DNA of 64,000 nt from Candidatus Hydrogenedens sp. (GCA_049968235.1 JBMFRC010000005.1:96001-160000), one strand, 5' to 3'; shown: positions 9,258 to 19,607, numbered from the stretch's first letter. The notes: generated by a model from the letters alone, not told the origin. Program-made: numbers and translations.

Positions 9258-10565
9258 TCAGATGGTGCCTAACCAATTGGGAAACCAAAGAATCAGACCG
9301 GGGAATATTAAAAATAAAATACTTACGATTACTAATATCCATAAGAAGGGAATAGAACCACGAAAAACAGTGGATAGAGCAAGGCTTCGGTCCATACCAC
9401 TAACGACATATACATTAATCCCAACCGGAGGTGAAATAACCCCTATCTGTGTCAGGACGACTATCATTACACCAAACCAGATTGGATCATATCCTAATTG
9501 TTGGACTACAGGATAAAAAATCGGAATGGTTAGTAATATTAATGCCAGTGCATCAATAAAACAACCTCCAACCATATAGAAAAATATAACCAAAAAACAT
9601 ATAGCCCAGGCAGGCAGGGGCAAGGAAATAAGACTGCTGGCTATTGTCATTGGCAAGCGTGTAATAGCAAAGAATCTGCCTAAAATGACTGCACCTGCCA
9701 CAATGATTAATATCATACAGGAGGTACGAAGTGTCTCCATCATTGCACGAACAAACCCCTTCCATGTAATTTGCCGTAAAAGCAGAGATAGAATGATGGT
9801 CCCTCCGGCTCCTACTCCGGCTCCTTCGGTAGGTGTAAAGAAGCCGAAAAAGATACCTATCATAACAACGAGAAACAGAATAAGCGTTTCAATAACCCCT
9901 GTCATAGATAGGATTTTTTCCTTTAAGGAAGTTCTTTCTCCTGCAGGACCTAAAGATGGGTTTTTCAAACAGCGGATATAAATACTGATACAAAAAAGTA
10001 ATGAAATAAAAACGCCGGGAAAAATACCCGCCAGAAATAATTTGCCAATGGATTGCTGAGTAAGTATTCCGTATACAATAAAGACAACACTGGGAGGTAT
10101 CATCATCCCTAATCCACCGGCAGATGCCACAGTTCCACTCGCTAATGAAGCATCATATTTATAGCGACGCATCTCCGGTAGAGCCACAGCGGACATGGTT
10201 GCAGCCGTTGCCGGTCCTGAACCACAAATAGTTCCAAATAATGCACAGGCGATAACAGAAGCCATTGCCAGACCACCGGGCAACGAACCTATCCAGATGT
10301 AAGCTGTGCGAAACAATCGCTTGCTAATGCCCGAATGGAAGGCTATCTGACCCATTAGAACAAAAAGAGGAATTACAACAAGACTTGGAGAGGAGAAAGT
10401 GTCAATCAAATCACTTGATAGCATGCTAAAGCCTGCATTTTTATTGACAACCATCACAAAGCCTGTCAATCCGACACCCATCATCGCAAAAGCAACCGGC
10501 ATGCTTACCACGAGAAGGAACAATAAAACAACTATGCCTAAAACACCATAACCCGTTAGACTCAT
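9258..10565 (-). CDS. dctM: TRAP transporter large permease subunit (DctM family)
   Basis: Typical DctM polytopic sequence. Start placed at 'MSLTGYGV' (ATGA overlap with the dctQ stop) rather than at the longer ORF start at 10658. Confidence 0.85.
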   Translation of the reverse strand: MSLTGYGVLGIVVLLFLLVVSMPVAFAMMGVGLTGFVMVVNKNAGFSMLSSDLIDTFSSPSLVVIPLFVLMGQIAFHSGISKRLFRTAYIWIGSLPGGLAMASVIACALFGTICGSGPATAATMSAVALPEMRRYKYDASLASGTVASAGGLGMMIPPSVVFIVYGILTQQSIGKLFLAGIFPGVFISLLFCISIYIRCLKNPSLGPAGERTSLKEKILSMTGVIETLILFLVVMIGIFFGFFTPTEGAGVGAGGTIILSLLLRQITWKGFVRAMMETLRTSCMILIIVAGAVILGRFFAITRLPMTIASSLISLPLPAWAICFLVIFFYMVGGCFIDALALILLTIPIFYPVVQQLGYDPIWFGVMIVVLTQIGVISPPVGINVYVVSGMDRSLALSTVFRGSIPFLWILVIVSILFLIFPGLILWFPNWLGTI

Positions 10566-11071
10566 GGCTTGATTAACTCCTTCCCGGGTCGGAGTATATG
10601 GTAAATCTTTACCAGAGAAGTTACCGCAAAGGATAGTGCCAACCAGAATGGAACCCAATATACCGGTAACTGCACTGTAGAAGTTACCTCACCGGAACGA
10701 TAAAGAGATAGACCATGCTTTATCATGAAAACAATAATTAATATAAAGAGTGTTAACATCATCAATCGGGAGATAGTATCGATAATAACCTTTAGAACTC
10801 GGGATATTCTTCTAAACAGAAATTCAATGGCGATATGTCCTTTAACGGCGGTAGTATAAGGAAGTGCTCCCCCTAAAACTACAGCACTTGCCAGACGAAT
10901 ATAATCCATACTCCCGCGAAGACCATTTCCAAAAAATCTCCCGATAACATCTGCCATGACGACTATTACGATAAAAAGTAAGGCAAGAGCGGATATAATC
11001 CCTAATATATAAACAAGAATACGAACCCCTTTCCCATACATTTCTATTAAATTTGAAATACTAATTTTCAA
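10562..11071 (-). CDS. dctQ: TRAP transporter small permease subunit (DctQ family)
   Basis: About 170 aa with 4 TM helices, lying between dctP and dctM. Confidence 0.7.
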   Translation of the reverse strand: MKISISNLIEMYGKGVRILVYILGIISALALLFIVIVVMADVIGRFFGNGLRGSMDYIRLASAVVLGGALPYTTAVKGHIAIEFLFRRISRVLKVIIDTISRLMMLTLFILIIVFMIKHGLSLYRSGEVTSTVQLPVYWVPFWLALSFAVTSLVKIYHILRPGKELIKP

Positions 11072-11085
11072 TGAGACCCACCACC

Positions 11086-12156
11086 TTATTGACTACTAAG
11101 TTCCTGAATCCTTTTCTGTGTATCTGCTAATATTTCAGCACGAGGTAAATTATCGCTGACAGATGCATAATCTTGCAGGACAGGTTGTACAGCACTCTTC
11201 CACTGTTGTTGTTCTTCCGGTGTAAGGGAAATAATCTCTTTTCCCATTCCTGTTATATACTCTTTTGCTTTTGTATCGTCTTCGTCCCATGCCTGGGCAT
11301 GCTTATCCACCCATTCTTCACTTACAGCCAGTATAACATCCTTAACATTTTGTGGTAATTGTTCCCATTTTGCTTTATTCATCACAACGAACATCGTGGT
11401 TGTGTATCCAATACAACGACTGTCTGTAACTGCCTGGATTACCTCACCTTGTTTCCATCCTTGTAATGTTTCCATAGGACAAAAAGTTGCATCGACGACA
11501 CCCTTTTGCAAAGCCTCATAAGTTTCAGGTTGGCTCATTCCCACGGGTTGCCCACCTAATTTTTCAACGATTTTCGTGCATAAACCTGTAGCACGAACTT
11601 TCATCCCTTTCAGGTCATCCAGAGAACGGACTGGTTTTTTACTGGCTAAAATACCCGGACCATGAGCATGAACATATAATAATTGAACATCCTTCAATTC
11701 CGCAGGTTGATATTTCTTAATGATATCCATCGCAACATGGGTCGCTACTTTACCACTGGGATAGCCTAATGGCAGGTCAAGAACTTCTAATAATGGGAAT
11801 CTGCCCCGCGTATACGCAAAACAACTCATCCCCAGGTCAGAAACTCCATTAATGACACCCTCAAAACACTGGTCTGCTTTGGTTAAAGAGCCACCCGGAT
11901 ACATGGTTATCTTTACCTTGCCGTTTGTCCGTTTTTCAACTTCCTTTGCCCAGTTTTCCGCTAATTTATACTGACTATGTGTGGCTGGGAAAAACACACT
12001 ATAAGTAAGTTCCATAGGCTTTACTTCTATAGGTTTAGGTTGTGCAGGAGCAGAAGGAGTTGTTTTATTTGTCGGTTGTTGTCCTCCACAATGGGTCAAC
12101 AAAAGTGACAATAAAACAATAGCAGGAACTAAAAACGCCAAGAAACTCTTTCTCAT
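11086..12156 (-). CDS. dctP: TRAP transporter substrate-binding protein (DctP family), secreted
   Basis: Signal peptide plus a DctP-type periplasmic binding fold. First gene of a dctP-dctQ-dctM-uspA operon. Confidence 0.75.
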   Translation of the reverse strand: MRKSFLAFLVPAIVLLSLLLTHCGGQQPTNKTTPSAPAQPKPIEVKPMELTYSVFFPATHSQYKLAENWAKEVEKRTNGKVKITMYPGGSLTKADQCFEGVINGVSDLGMSCFAYTRGRFPLLEVLDLPLGYPSGKVATHVAMDIIKKYQPAELKDVQLLYVHAHGPGILASKKPVRSLDDLKGMKVRATGLCTKIVEKLGGQPVGMSQPETYEALQKGVVDATFCPMETLQGWKQGEVIQAVTDSRCIGYTTTMFVVMNKAKWEQLPQNVKDVILAVSEEWVDKHAQAWDEDDTKAKEYITGMGKEIISLTPEEQQQWKSAVQPVLQDYASVSDNLPRAEILADTQKRIQELSSQ

Positions 12157-12250
12157 AATGGAACCCTCCTTATTATAGGATTAATGATATTTACTATATA
12201 GACTTATTTAGTATATTTTCAAATTTATACAACTCTCCGAGAAATTACTG

Positions 12251-14761
12251 TCACAATTTCAGTTTGTAATATTTACCCACCGTTGCCACAAACAATTGCC
12301 CCTTGAAATTTAAAGTTATGGTTTCCCGCTGTGGACTGAATTCGGAGAGTATCCAATCGCCGACAATTTTATCTCCCAGACGGAAGAATTGCTCCATCGT
12401 CTTTTTATCTTTTGTGTATAGGGAAACGCGAAATTGAGGAGAAGAATTATTCCCTTCTGTTTTGTCCACAACTTTTGCAAAGCCGTGAAAGAAAACTAAA
12501 ACCTCTCCTTCTTGTAAAAAGCGCAATGCTGTTTCGGATGTATTTTGCAGTTCCATAAAAATAGATTGCTCGGCTGTTGCTGAGTCTGTAACTGTATTAT
12601 TTTCTATACGGGTATTATTTTCCTCATTCTTTTCAATCACCTTTTCCTTATTGTTTTCGATAACAGGATTCTCCTCCTTTTGAGGGGGGACATTTTCCTT
12701 TTTTTGTTCCGGTAAAACCAATCGGATTTGTTTGGGTTGATAGTAATTCCCTTTACCTTCTAATCTGAAGATATAAACCCCCGGAGCAAGTTGGTAAAAA
12801 AGTGTAATAGATTTTGTTGGTCCAATTCTTCCACCTTCTTTATTAAAAACCAGAGCAATAGGTTGCGAAGAAAAAGTTTCTGTAGTTACTTCATAAGGCA
12901 TGAAATTCTGTTTTTCGTTTCCCTCCATAATTACATTTACATAAACAGGAGCAGGCACATAACGAATATCATTCCCCAGCCATACAGAACGCATTCCTTT
13001 ATTATGGATGTTTATTTCTACCCGATAGTTTCCTGTAGATGCAATATATTCTGTTCTCCCCGCAGCTCCTAATATGGCGTTCCCCTGCAATGCTCCGAAA
13101 CAATCTGTTGAGATAATAGCGACTTCAAGTAGTGTAAAAATTGTAGAGAGTAAGGGTATCCATCGAAATCTTTTGTCTTTATAAAGAGAAACCCATACTG
13201 CGACACCAATCAGTCCTAACAATATATAAACCGACACTACTCTAAAAGCAAAAAAACCATGCGGTGAGGCTCTCAAATCTCCACCATACGGGGTAACACT
13301 ATACCATGCAAAATTGATATGGAGTGTAAATAAGAAAACATAGGAGACCCACAAAATACTCAATCCTATTCCTCGCCATTTTCGGTAAGGAATAGAACCT
13401 ACAAGAGCCAATAGTATTGCAGAGATAAACAATCCAATTATCATCATAACTAATATTTCGGTAGATACCAATCCCTGACTCTGGGTCATGGGTATCATTA
13501 TCAACATTATCAATAATGCGGAACAGAACCAGGCAATCCAGGAGTCGGCTCCAATTTCTATTTGTCCTCTATCGGGTCCAATTCTTGCAATAAAAGTACC
13601 CTGCAAAGAGGGAATATCAAAACGGGAATTGGCACTAATGGCTCTGCGTGCTGTGTCTTTTGTGTGGATAAGGTCTAATCGTGCCTGGAATAATTCTTCC
13701 TGCAATTCTCGCGCTTTGTTAATGTCAATGATGTGTGCTTCTTTCTGTTTATCAATGCGATTAATATTTTTCTCAATGGACTCCAGGTCCAATTCACAAT
13801 CAGCAACTAACTGTTCGAGTCGTTCACGATAGAAAGAGATAGCACTCTGAATAATCTTTAATCGTGCATCCCATTCCGCAAGACCTTTTTCTCCTACCTC
13901 CGGATTTACCCTGCCCTCCTCTACCATTTTTCGCCATTCCGCATATTTGTGTTCTACATCCGCCCTTAAATCAATATACTTTTGAATCTCTTTAATAAGA
14001 AGCGATAGAACCGAAATATTTTTATCCTCTTCCTCCAATGGAAAAACAATATCCGGAACCTTATCCGGCAATTTGGAGAAATCAGTATCAATATATCCTC
14101 CTGCTAATTCTGGACTTACTGTTGAAAGCCAACCTTCCAGATTTTTTCTCCGCCACATTAGTCGTTCTCTACGAATTCTTAGAGGTACAACAGTTTTCCA
14201 GTAATATTTAAATTCTATGTCCCCTGTTCGGAAAGAGACCACAATTTTCCCCAGTTCTTTTTCTACCTGTTTGAGTTGTTCCAGGACCTCGCTTCGCCGG
14301 TTTTTTATTTTGTCATCTAAAGAGGCTCGCATTCGGCGAATTTTTGAGAGGATTTCTAACAAATCCGTTTTTGATTCTTTCCCTATAGGTTTCTTTTGCC
14401 GTATCGCCTGTAGATACCGCTGTGCTTTATACTCCGCACAGATTAATATCTGTAAAATTTCCAAGGAATCAAAAGGCAAAGAATACACACCACTGAAATC
14501 AGAAAGCACTTGCTCTTCATCGGAAGTGGTTTCGCTTATGGGTTCCGATTTCTCGCGTGAAGATTTTTTACGGAGGTATTCCGGATGGTCTTTGAGATAG
14601 AGTTCCGTTATCCCAGGTGGAAGTTCTTCCTTCGTGGGGATACGAATTTTTTGTCTGCAAGCAACGCAGCGTCCCGGCTTACCATACATATCCGCCTGGA
14701 CTCGCATTTTCTGACCACAGATACAATATATTCTCAGTTCCGCATCTTTAGGCTCGGACAT
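12251..14761 (-). CDS. Large hypothetical protein: N-terminal Zn-ribbon, long coiled-coil, multi-TM segment and a C-terminal beta-rich domain
   Basis: 'CICGQKMRV...CVACRQKIRIP' is a C4 ribbon. Roughly 350 aa of heptad-rich K/E/R sequence follow, then 5-6 hydrophobic helices. 836 aa. Confidence 0.6.
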   Translation of the reverse strand: MSEPKDAELRIYCICGQKMRVQADMYGKPGRCVACRQKIRIPTKEELPPGITELYLKDHPEYLRKKSSREKSEPISETTSDEEQVLSDFSGVYSLPFDSLEILQILICAEYKAQRYLQAIRQKKPIGKESKTDLLEILSKIRRMRASLDDKIKNRRSEVLEQLKQVEKELGKIVVSFRTGDIEFKYYWKTVVPLRIRRERLMWRRKNLEGWLSTVSPELAGGYIDTDFSKLPDKVPDIVFPLEEEDKNISVLSLLIKEIQKYIDLRADVEHKYAEWRKMVEEGRVNPEVGEKGLAEWDARLKIIQSAISFYRERLEQLVADCELDLESIEKNINRIDKQKEAHIIDINKARELQEELFQARLDLIHTKDTARRAISANSRFDIPSLQGTFIARIGPDRGQIEIGADSWIAWFCSALLIMLIMIPMTQSQGLVSTEILVMMIIGLFISAILLALVGSIPYRKWRGIGLSILWVSYVFLFTLHINFAWYSVTPYGGDLRASPHGFFAFRVVSVYILLGLIGVAVWVSLYKDKRFRWIPLLSTIFTLLEVAIISTDCFGALQGNAILGAAGRTEYIASTGNYRVEINIHNKGMRSVWLGNDIRYVPAPVYVNVIMEGNEKQNFMPYEVTTETFSSQPIALVFNKEGGRIGPTKSITLFYQLAPGVYIFRLEGKGNYYQPKQIRLVLPEQKKENVPPQKEENPVIENNKEKVIEKNEENNTRIENNTVTDSATAEQSIFMELQNTSETALRFLQEGEVLVFFHGFAKVVDKTEGNNSSPQFRVSLYTKDKKTMEQFFRLGDKIVGDWILSEFSPQRETITLNFKGQLFVATVGKYYKLKL

Positions 14762-15035
14762 ATTCTATCCATACATCTAAGTGTTATTGCGTGAATACAT
14801 TTTTGTCAACAATTTATATTCTATTATTTTGACAAAATTCAGTCAAAATATCAAATTTTTCTTGACGAAAAATCATAGCATTATTCCCAAGCGAATTTAA
14901 ATAAGGATTCGTTTGATTTATTTATTCTCTGAAAATACAGGATTTAAATATGACGATTTTGAAGATGTCTTTATTTTAATGAAATTGGCGTTTTTTTTGC
15001 TAAAATTTTTATACCCCTGATGCCCGGCGCATGAA

Positions 15036-15089
15036 GGCGGTGAATAATACATGCCTGTGATGCTGTTTTATTCACCGCCTATTTTTTAT
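15036..15089 (+). terminator. Stem-loop (12-bp stem GGCGGTGAATAA/TTATTCACCGCC, 20-nt loop) followed by a T-run; putative intrinsic terminator of a short transcript
   Basis: Read directly. The loop contains an ATG opening a 16-codon ORF (MPVMLFYSPPIFYKKK). Confidence 0.4.
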
Positions 15090-15110
15090 AAAAAGAAATA
15101 ATATTTAATA

Positions 15111-15140
15111 TTGATATGTTTATTTTTTTTTTGTTATAAT
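15111..15140 (+). promoter_or_regulatory. Sigma-70-like promoter TTGATA-18-TATAAT with a T10 tract in the spacer and extended -10 (TGtTATAAT)
   Basis: Read directly; lies upstream of the 15180 CDS. Confidence 0.35.
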
Positions 15141-15179
15141 TATACTATAAAATTTTTGGAGAATATAAAGGGCGTCGTT

Positions 15180-15533
15180 ATGCTGGATGGCAGGTTATCA
15201 TCATGCATTAATCATCATTCTGTTTCTGCTGTTGCACGATGTAAACAGTGTGGGAAGCCTGTTTGTGGTGCATGTGTAATCACTTCCCCATTGGGTTCTT
15301 TTTGCTCCGATGCATGTCGGGAGCGATTTGAAGCCTTTACAAAACGGGTGCAGGAGTTGGACCGGGACACATCCCGTGCTCGCTGGAATATCGGAACAAA
15401 ATTAAGACAATTCTTCTCTTTTCTTCTCTTCGTTGTTGTTGTTTTAATTACTCTGGGTGTAATTGGGACTTTATTTAACATTCCTGTATTAACTCAAACT
15501 GTTTTTTTTGTTCGTTCGTGGTTGGGTATTTAA
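15180..15533 (+). CDS. Small Zn-ribbon protein with C-terminal TM anchor (start at MLDGRL; the longer ORF from 15111 is probably not used)
   Basis: 'CKQCGKPVCGAC...FCSDAC' Cys cluster; C-terminal hydrophobic helix; SD 'aaaggg' before the ATG at 15180. Confidence 0.5.
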   Translation: MLDGRLSSCINHHSVSAVARCKQCGKPVCGACVITSPLGSFCSDACRERFEAFTKRVQELDRDTSRARWNIGTKLRQFFSFLLFVVVVLITLGVIGTLFNIPVLTQTVFFVRSWLGI

Positions 15534-15555
15534 CAAACTATAAGGAGGGCTGTTT

Positions 15556-15996
15556 ATGGATTTAAGTGGATTAAAGTGGCCATTAATTATTCTTATAGTT
15601 GTCGTTATTGGCTGGTTAGGTTCCAGTGGCGGAGTCAACTATATGGTGAATAATTTTACGAAGGCAACACCGGGTGTAAATGCAGAACGCGATAAGATTG
15701 ATGAAGCCGGACTGACACGCGTTGCGGGCTATCTGATAATACTCTTAAGGTGGGAACGCGCAAAGGATGTGCTTGAAACTGTAATCAATCGATATGGGAA
15801 TAGTGGTGCTAATTATTGGTATAACATGTATCGTTTAGCAAAATGTTATGAAAAACTGGAACGCTATCAGGATGCCTATAATATTATCAGAAACCTTGCC
15901 CAATTAAACGCCCATCAATATGATGACCGCGTTCCCGAATTTGATAATCTTAACCTGCGTGCAAATAAATTGAAAGAAGTTCACGAATTACAATAA
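15556..15996 (+). CDS. Hypothetical membrane-anchored protein with TPR-like helical C-terminal region
   Basis: N-terminal TM helix; helical repeats rich in Y/W/A; SD 'aaggagg' upstream. Confidence 0.5.
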   Translation: MDLSGLKWPLIILIVVVIGWLGSSGGVNYMVNNFTKATPGVNAERDKIDEAGLTRVAGYLIILLRWERAKDVLETVINRYGNSGANYWYNMYRLAKCYEKLERYQDAYNIIRNLAQLNAHQYDDRVPEFDNLNLRANKLKEVHELQ

Positions 15997-16000
15997 ATAC

Positions 16001-16714
16001 ATGAACAAATCAAATATCATCTATGGTCGTGCTCCTGTGTTAACCTGTCTCCATGCAGGACGCCGTTCTATTCATAGGATATATATCCAACAAGGTCTGT
16101 CTCTAACGGAATTGAAAAAATGGGAAAATCATATTGTGATAGAAGAAAAACCTCGTGCATATTTAGACCGGATAACAAAAAATGGTGTTCATCAGGGGGT
16201 TGTTGCTGAAGTAGAAGAACTGCCTATTCTGAAATTTGATGATTTTTTACGAAACCATCTGGCACAAACAAAGCAAATTGTCGTTTTAGACCATATAGAG
16301 GACCCGAGAAATTTAGGTGCGATTATCCGTTCAGCAGTAGCCTTTCATATCTATACAATATTTTTACCACAAGAAGGCTCTGCTCCCATAACCCCTGTTG
16401 TTGTAAAAGCAAGTACAGGAGCCATTGAATATGCTCAAATAGTCCAAGTAAAAAGCACACTACAAATCATTCGCAAACTAAAAGAACTTGACTTTGGGAT
16501 ATATGCCCTCGATGCGGATGGGAATATAAAATTAAATGATGTGAAATGGCACAAGCAGAGTGTTCTTGTAGTTGGTAGCGAGGGGAAGGGAATTCGCCCC
16601 TTAATCAAAAGAGAATGTGATTCTGTTATATCCATTCCTACCAAACCGCCCATCGAACAACTCAATGCCAGTGTAAGTGCCAGTATTGCCTTCTATGCTA
16701 TGTCAATAGCATAA
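16001..16714 (+). CDS. rlmB: 23S rRNA (Gm2251) 2'-O-methyltransferase, SpoU/TrmH family (RlmB-like)
   Basis: SpoU motifs 'VLDHIEDPRNLGAIIRSA', 'VVGSEGKGIRP' and 'LNASVSASIAFY'. Confidence 0.8.
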   Translation: MNKSNIIYGRAPVLTCLHAGRRSIHRIYIQQGLSLTELKKWENHIVIEEKPRAYLDRITKNGVHQGVVAEVEELPILKFDDFLRNHLAQTKQIVVLDHIEDPRNLGAIIRSAVAFHIYTIFLPQEGSAPITPVVVKASTGAIEYAQIVQVKSTLQIIRKLKELDFGIYALDADGNIKLNDVKWHKQSVLVVGSEGKGIRPLIKRECDSVISIPTKPPIEQLNASVSASIAFYAMSIA

Positions 16715-16774
16715 TCATTTATGATACGATAATTATCTTATTCGACAATATGTGTAAATAGAAAGATACTTGGT

Positions 16775-18979
16775 ATGTTTTTACGACTGTGCTTTATAGG
16801 AATCCTTTTATCTTTTACTCCATGGGCTTCCTCAGAATTCTGGTATGAAAAGGCAAGGGTTGGAATGGAGGTCGGTCCAACAGGGGCACAATGGGGTTTT
16901 TCCAGCGTGAACGATGAACGGTATTGCTCCAAATGGGATGGGGCAGAAATTGTGCGGAGATGTCATCAAGCCAATTGTGATTATGTTGTCGTATGGGTTC
17001 GAGATGGTGATTATGCATACTACAATTCAAAAATTCTGTTAAAAGCACCCGGACTAAAAGACCGTGACCCCCTCAAGGAATCCATTAACGAGGCAAAAAA
17101 ATATAATATGCCTGTAATCGCTTATTGTGTGGTTCAACAAGGAGGGCATTACATCGAGCAACATCCAGAATTTCTTATGCACGACCTTAATGGAAAGCCT
17201 ATTTATCATCGTTTTTGTTATAACTCGGGCTATCTGGAAGTAATGAAACAAATTGTTGACGAAATTATGGATTATGGGGTTCAGGGATTTCATATTGATA
17301 TGGTGGACCAGGGGTTCGGACCTCCGTATGGTTGTGCCTGTCCTGCATGTAAGAATCTATTTAAGGAACAGTATGGATTGGAAATGCCAACCTCTATCAC
17401 CTGGGATGATGCGTGGAAAAACTTCTTAGAGTTTCGCTATAAAAGCAGTGAAAATTTTGAAAAAAAGTTATATGCATACATTAAAAACCGTGATGCAAAA
17501 GTTTCAGTAGATTTCAATTACCACGGAAACCCTCCCTTCAGTTTTGAGGTAGGTCAACGACCTGTTCAACACGGAGAAAATGGTGATTTTATTACGGGTG
17601 AAACAGGTATCTGGGGTTTCAGTGCCTTAACGGTCGGGCTGAATGCAGAATTTTATCGTTCAGCGGTTCCTCATCAACGGGTTCAGGTGGCAATACAACG
17701 AGGTGTGAGAATGTATCACGACCAAACGACACGCCCGTTGAATGATATTCGCTGGGAATTGTTAACTTTGTTTGCTCATGGTTCCTTCGTTACTATGGTA
17801 GATAAGTTAGGTTTTGATGGCACAGCAGACCCTATTGCTTATAACCGCATCGGCAAAGCCTTTCAAGAAATTAAGGAAAAGAAAGGGTTCTTTTATCATA
17901 AGCCTGTATATGAAGTGGGAATATATTTTAGTAGTAAAACACGAGATTGGGTTGCAAGAGAAAATCCTTCCATTTATTTTACATCATTTCAGGGAACACA
18001 TAAAGCAATGGTGTATGAACATATTCCCTGGGGTATCCTGTTAGATGAGAATTGCACTTATGAAAAACTGATACAATTTCCGGTAGTTATTCTACCTAAT
18101 GTGGGAATTCTGTCGTCAGCAGAGATAAATATGTTCACAAACTATGTGTATGAGGGAGGAAAATTGATTATTACAGGGGTTACAGGTTGCTATGACGATT
18201 TCGGAAATATCGGTACTTATAAACTGGAGCCATTAACAGGTTGTAAATTTGTGTCAAAACTGGAAAGTGAAGACAACTGGATTTCTCTGGGACCCACACA
18301 ATCGCAAGAAGAAGAACAATTGGCAAAAGAAATTGAACATGCTCATATAAATGAAGAGGAGTATAAAAATTCAGATACCATGCCTTTATTGATAAGAGGA
18401 CCCGCTGGGATATTTGAAACTACATCTGCAAAAGCGATAGGTAAATTATGGAAGCCCTACCGTACCCAACGCCAGACAGAAGGGAAAGAAGGAACAGACC
18501 TACCTATGAGTCCTGAAACAACCATAGGTCCTGCAATATTTATAAATCACATAGGTAAGGGTACCGTAATGACATGGACATGCTCGCCGGACTATGCATT
18601 AGGCTCTGAGTATGCTCTATCTGAATGTAGAAAACTAATGCTAAATGCAGTTCATTATCTGAACCCAGGTCCTGAGATACAAATATCCGCACCGAGTTTT
18701 GTGGAAACGGTTATCCTTCGCAAGCCAGAAAATGACGGTTTTTATGTCCATTGTATTGCATATTCATCTCCACCCCAGACCATTCCTATGAAAAATCGTC
18801 CTTATATTCTCCCCTCTTTGATTGAAGATACTCCATGTTTTTATTTGACAATTACAACAGTAAATCCTATTCAATCTACCATCGCAAACAACACAACCAC
18901 CCAAATTGAAAGAATCGCTGATAATAAAATCAAAGCATTTGTAACTGACATTCACGAAGTAATCACACTGATACATTAA
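16775..18979 (+). CDS. Large secreted hypothetical protein, possibly glycoside-hydrolase-like (TIM barrel with a Cys cluster)
   Basis: Signal peptide; 'GFHIDMVDQGFGPPYGCACPACKNLF'; 734 aa. I do not firmly recognise a family. Confidence 0.5.
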   Translation: MFLRLCFIGILLSFTPWASSEFWYEKARVGMEVGPTGAQWGFSSVNDERYCSKWDGAEIVRRCHQANCDYVVVWVRDGDYAYYNSKILLKAPGLKDRDPLKESINEAKKYNMPVIAYCVVQQGGHYIEQHPEFLMHDLNGKPIYHRFCYNSGYLEVMKQIVDEIMDYGVQGFHIDMVDQGFGPPYGCACPACKNLFKEQYGLEMPTSITWDDAWKNFLEFRYKSSENFEKKLYAYIKNRDAKVSVDFNYHGNPPFSFEVGQRPVQHGENGDFITGETGIWGFSALTVGLNAEFYRSAVPHQRVQVAIQRGVRMYHDQTTRPLNDIRWELLTLFAHGSFVTMVDKLGFDGTADPIAYNRIGKAFQEIKEKKGFFYHKPVYEVGIYFSSKTRDWVARENPSIYFTSFQGTHKAMVYEHIPWGILLDENCTYEKLIQFPVVILPNVGILSSAEINMFTNYVYEGGKLIITGVTGCYDDFGNIGTYKLEPLTGCKFVSKLESEDNWISLGPTQSQEEEQLAKEIEHAHINEEEYKNSDTMPLLIRGPAGIFETTSAKAIGKLWKPYRTQRQTEGKEGTDLPMSPETTIGPAIFINHIGKGTVMTWTCSPDYALGSEYALSECRKLMLNAVHYLNPGPEIQISAPSFVETVILRKPENDGFYVHCIAYSSPPQTIPMKNRPYILPSLIEDTPCFYLTITTVNPIQSTIANNTTTQIERIADNKIKAFVTDIHEVITLIH

Positions 18980-19042
18980 GGACTGTTTATTGTCTTGTGT
19001 TGCATTCCAATTACTTTAGATATTTTCACGGTGTAAAATCTT

Positions 19043-19071
19043 TTGATACTAACTACAAAATTCAGTATAAT
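19043..19071 (+). promoter_or_regulatory. Sigma-70-like promoter TTGATA-17-TATAAT upstream of the GatB/YqeY gene
   Basis: Read directly. Confidence 0.4.
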
Positions 19072-19124
19072 CGCAGAAGTAGAAAAATATCATGATTGAC
19101 ATATAACAAGTAGGAGTTCGAGAT

Positions 19125-19571
19125 ATGGGTCTCATGAATGCGGTTCAGGAAGCAATGAAACAAGCGATGAAGGATAGAGACACAGTCCGTTTGGAAACAT
19201 TGCGAATGGTCAAATCTGCCTTGTTGCTAAAAGAGAAGTCCACTGCAAGAGAAGAGGAAATGTCGGATGATGAAGGGATTTCCGCTCTGCGTAGTGAAGT
19301 TCGTAAACGTAAAGATAGTATCGAAGTATATAAACAATTAGGGAAAATGGATGAGGTAGCCAAATTGGAGAAGGAAATAGCGGTTATTGAAGAATTCCTT
19401 CCCCAACAAATGAACAAAGTTGAAGTGATACAGCGGGTAAAGCAATACCTTACAGAACATCCCGAGATAAATCATGCGGGGAAATTGACAGGTATCATGA
19501 AAAAAGAATTGGGTGAGCGTGTTGATGGGAAATTATTGAATGAAGTGTGCCGGGAACTACTCGGAGGATAA
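19125..19571 (+). CDS. GatB/YqeY domain protein
   Basis: Family-typical N-terminus 'MKQAMKDRDTVRLETLRMVKSALL' and C-terminal 'AGKLTGIMKKELGERVDGKLLNEVCRELL'. Confidence 0.8.
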   Translation: MGLMNAVQEAMKQAMKDRDTVRLETLRMVKSALLLKEKSTAREEEMSDDEGISALRSEVRKRKDSIEVYKQLGKMDEVAKLEKEIAVIEEFLPQQMNKVEVIQRVKQYLTEHPEINHAGKLTGIMKKELGERVDGKLLNEVCRELLGG

Positions 19572-19607
19572 TTTTTTCCTACTATTATCATCCGCATTGA
19601 TGGGTAA

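Noticed and set aside
15111-15179. Longer N-terminal extension (MICLFFFCYNYTIKFLENIKGVV) of the Zn-ribbon protein ORF
   Set aside because: The extension is translated from the T-tract promoter region itself. The internal ATG at 15180 has an SD.
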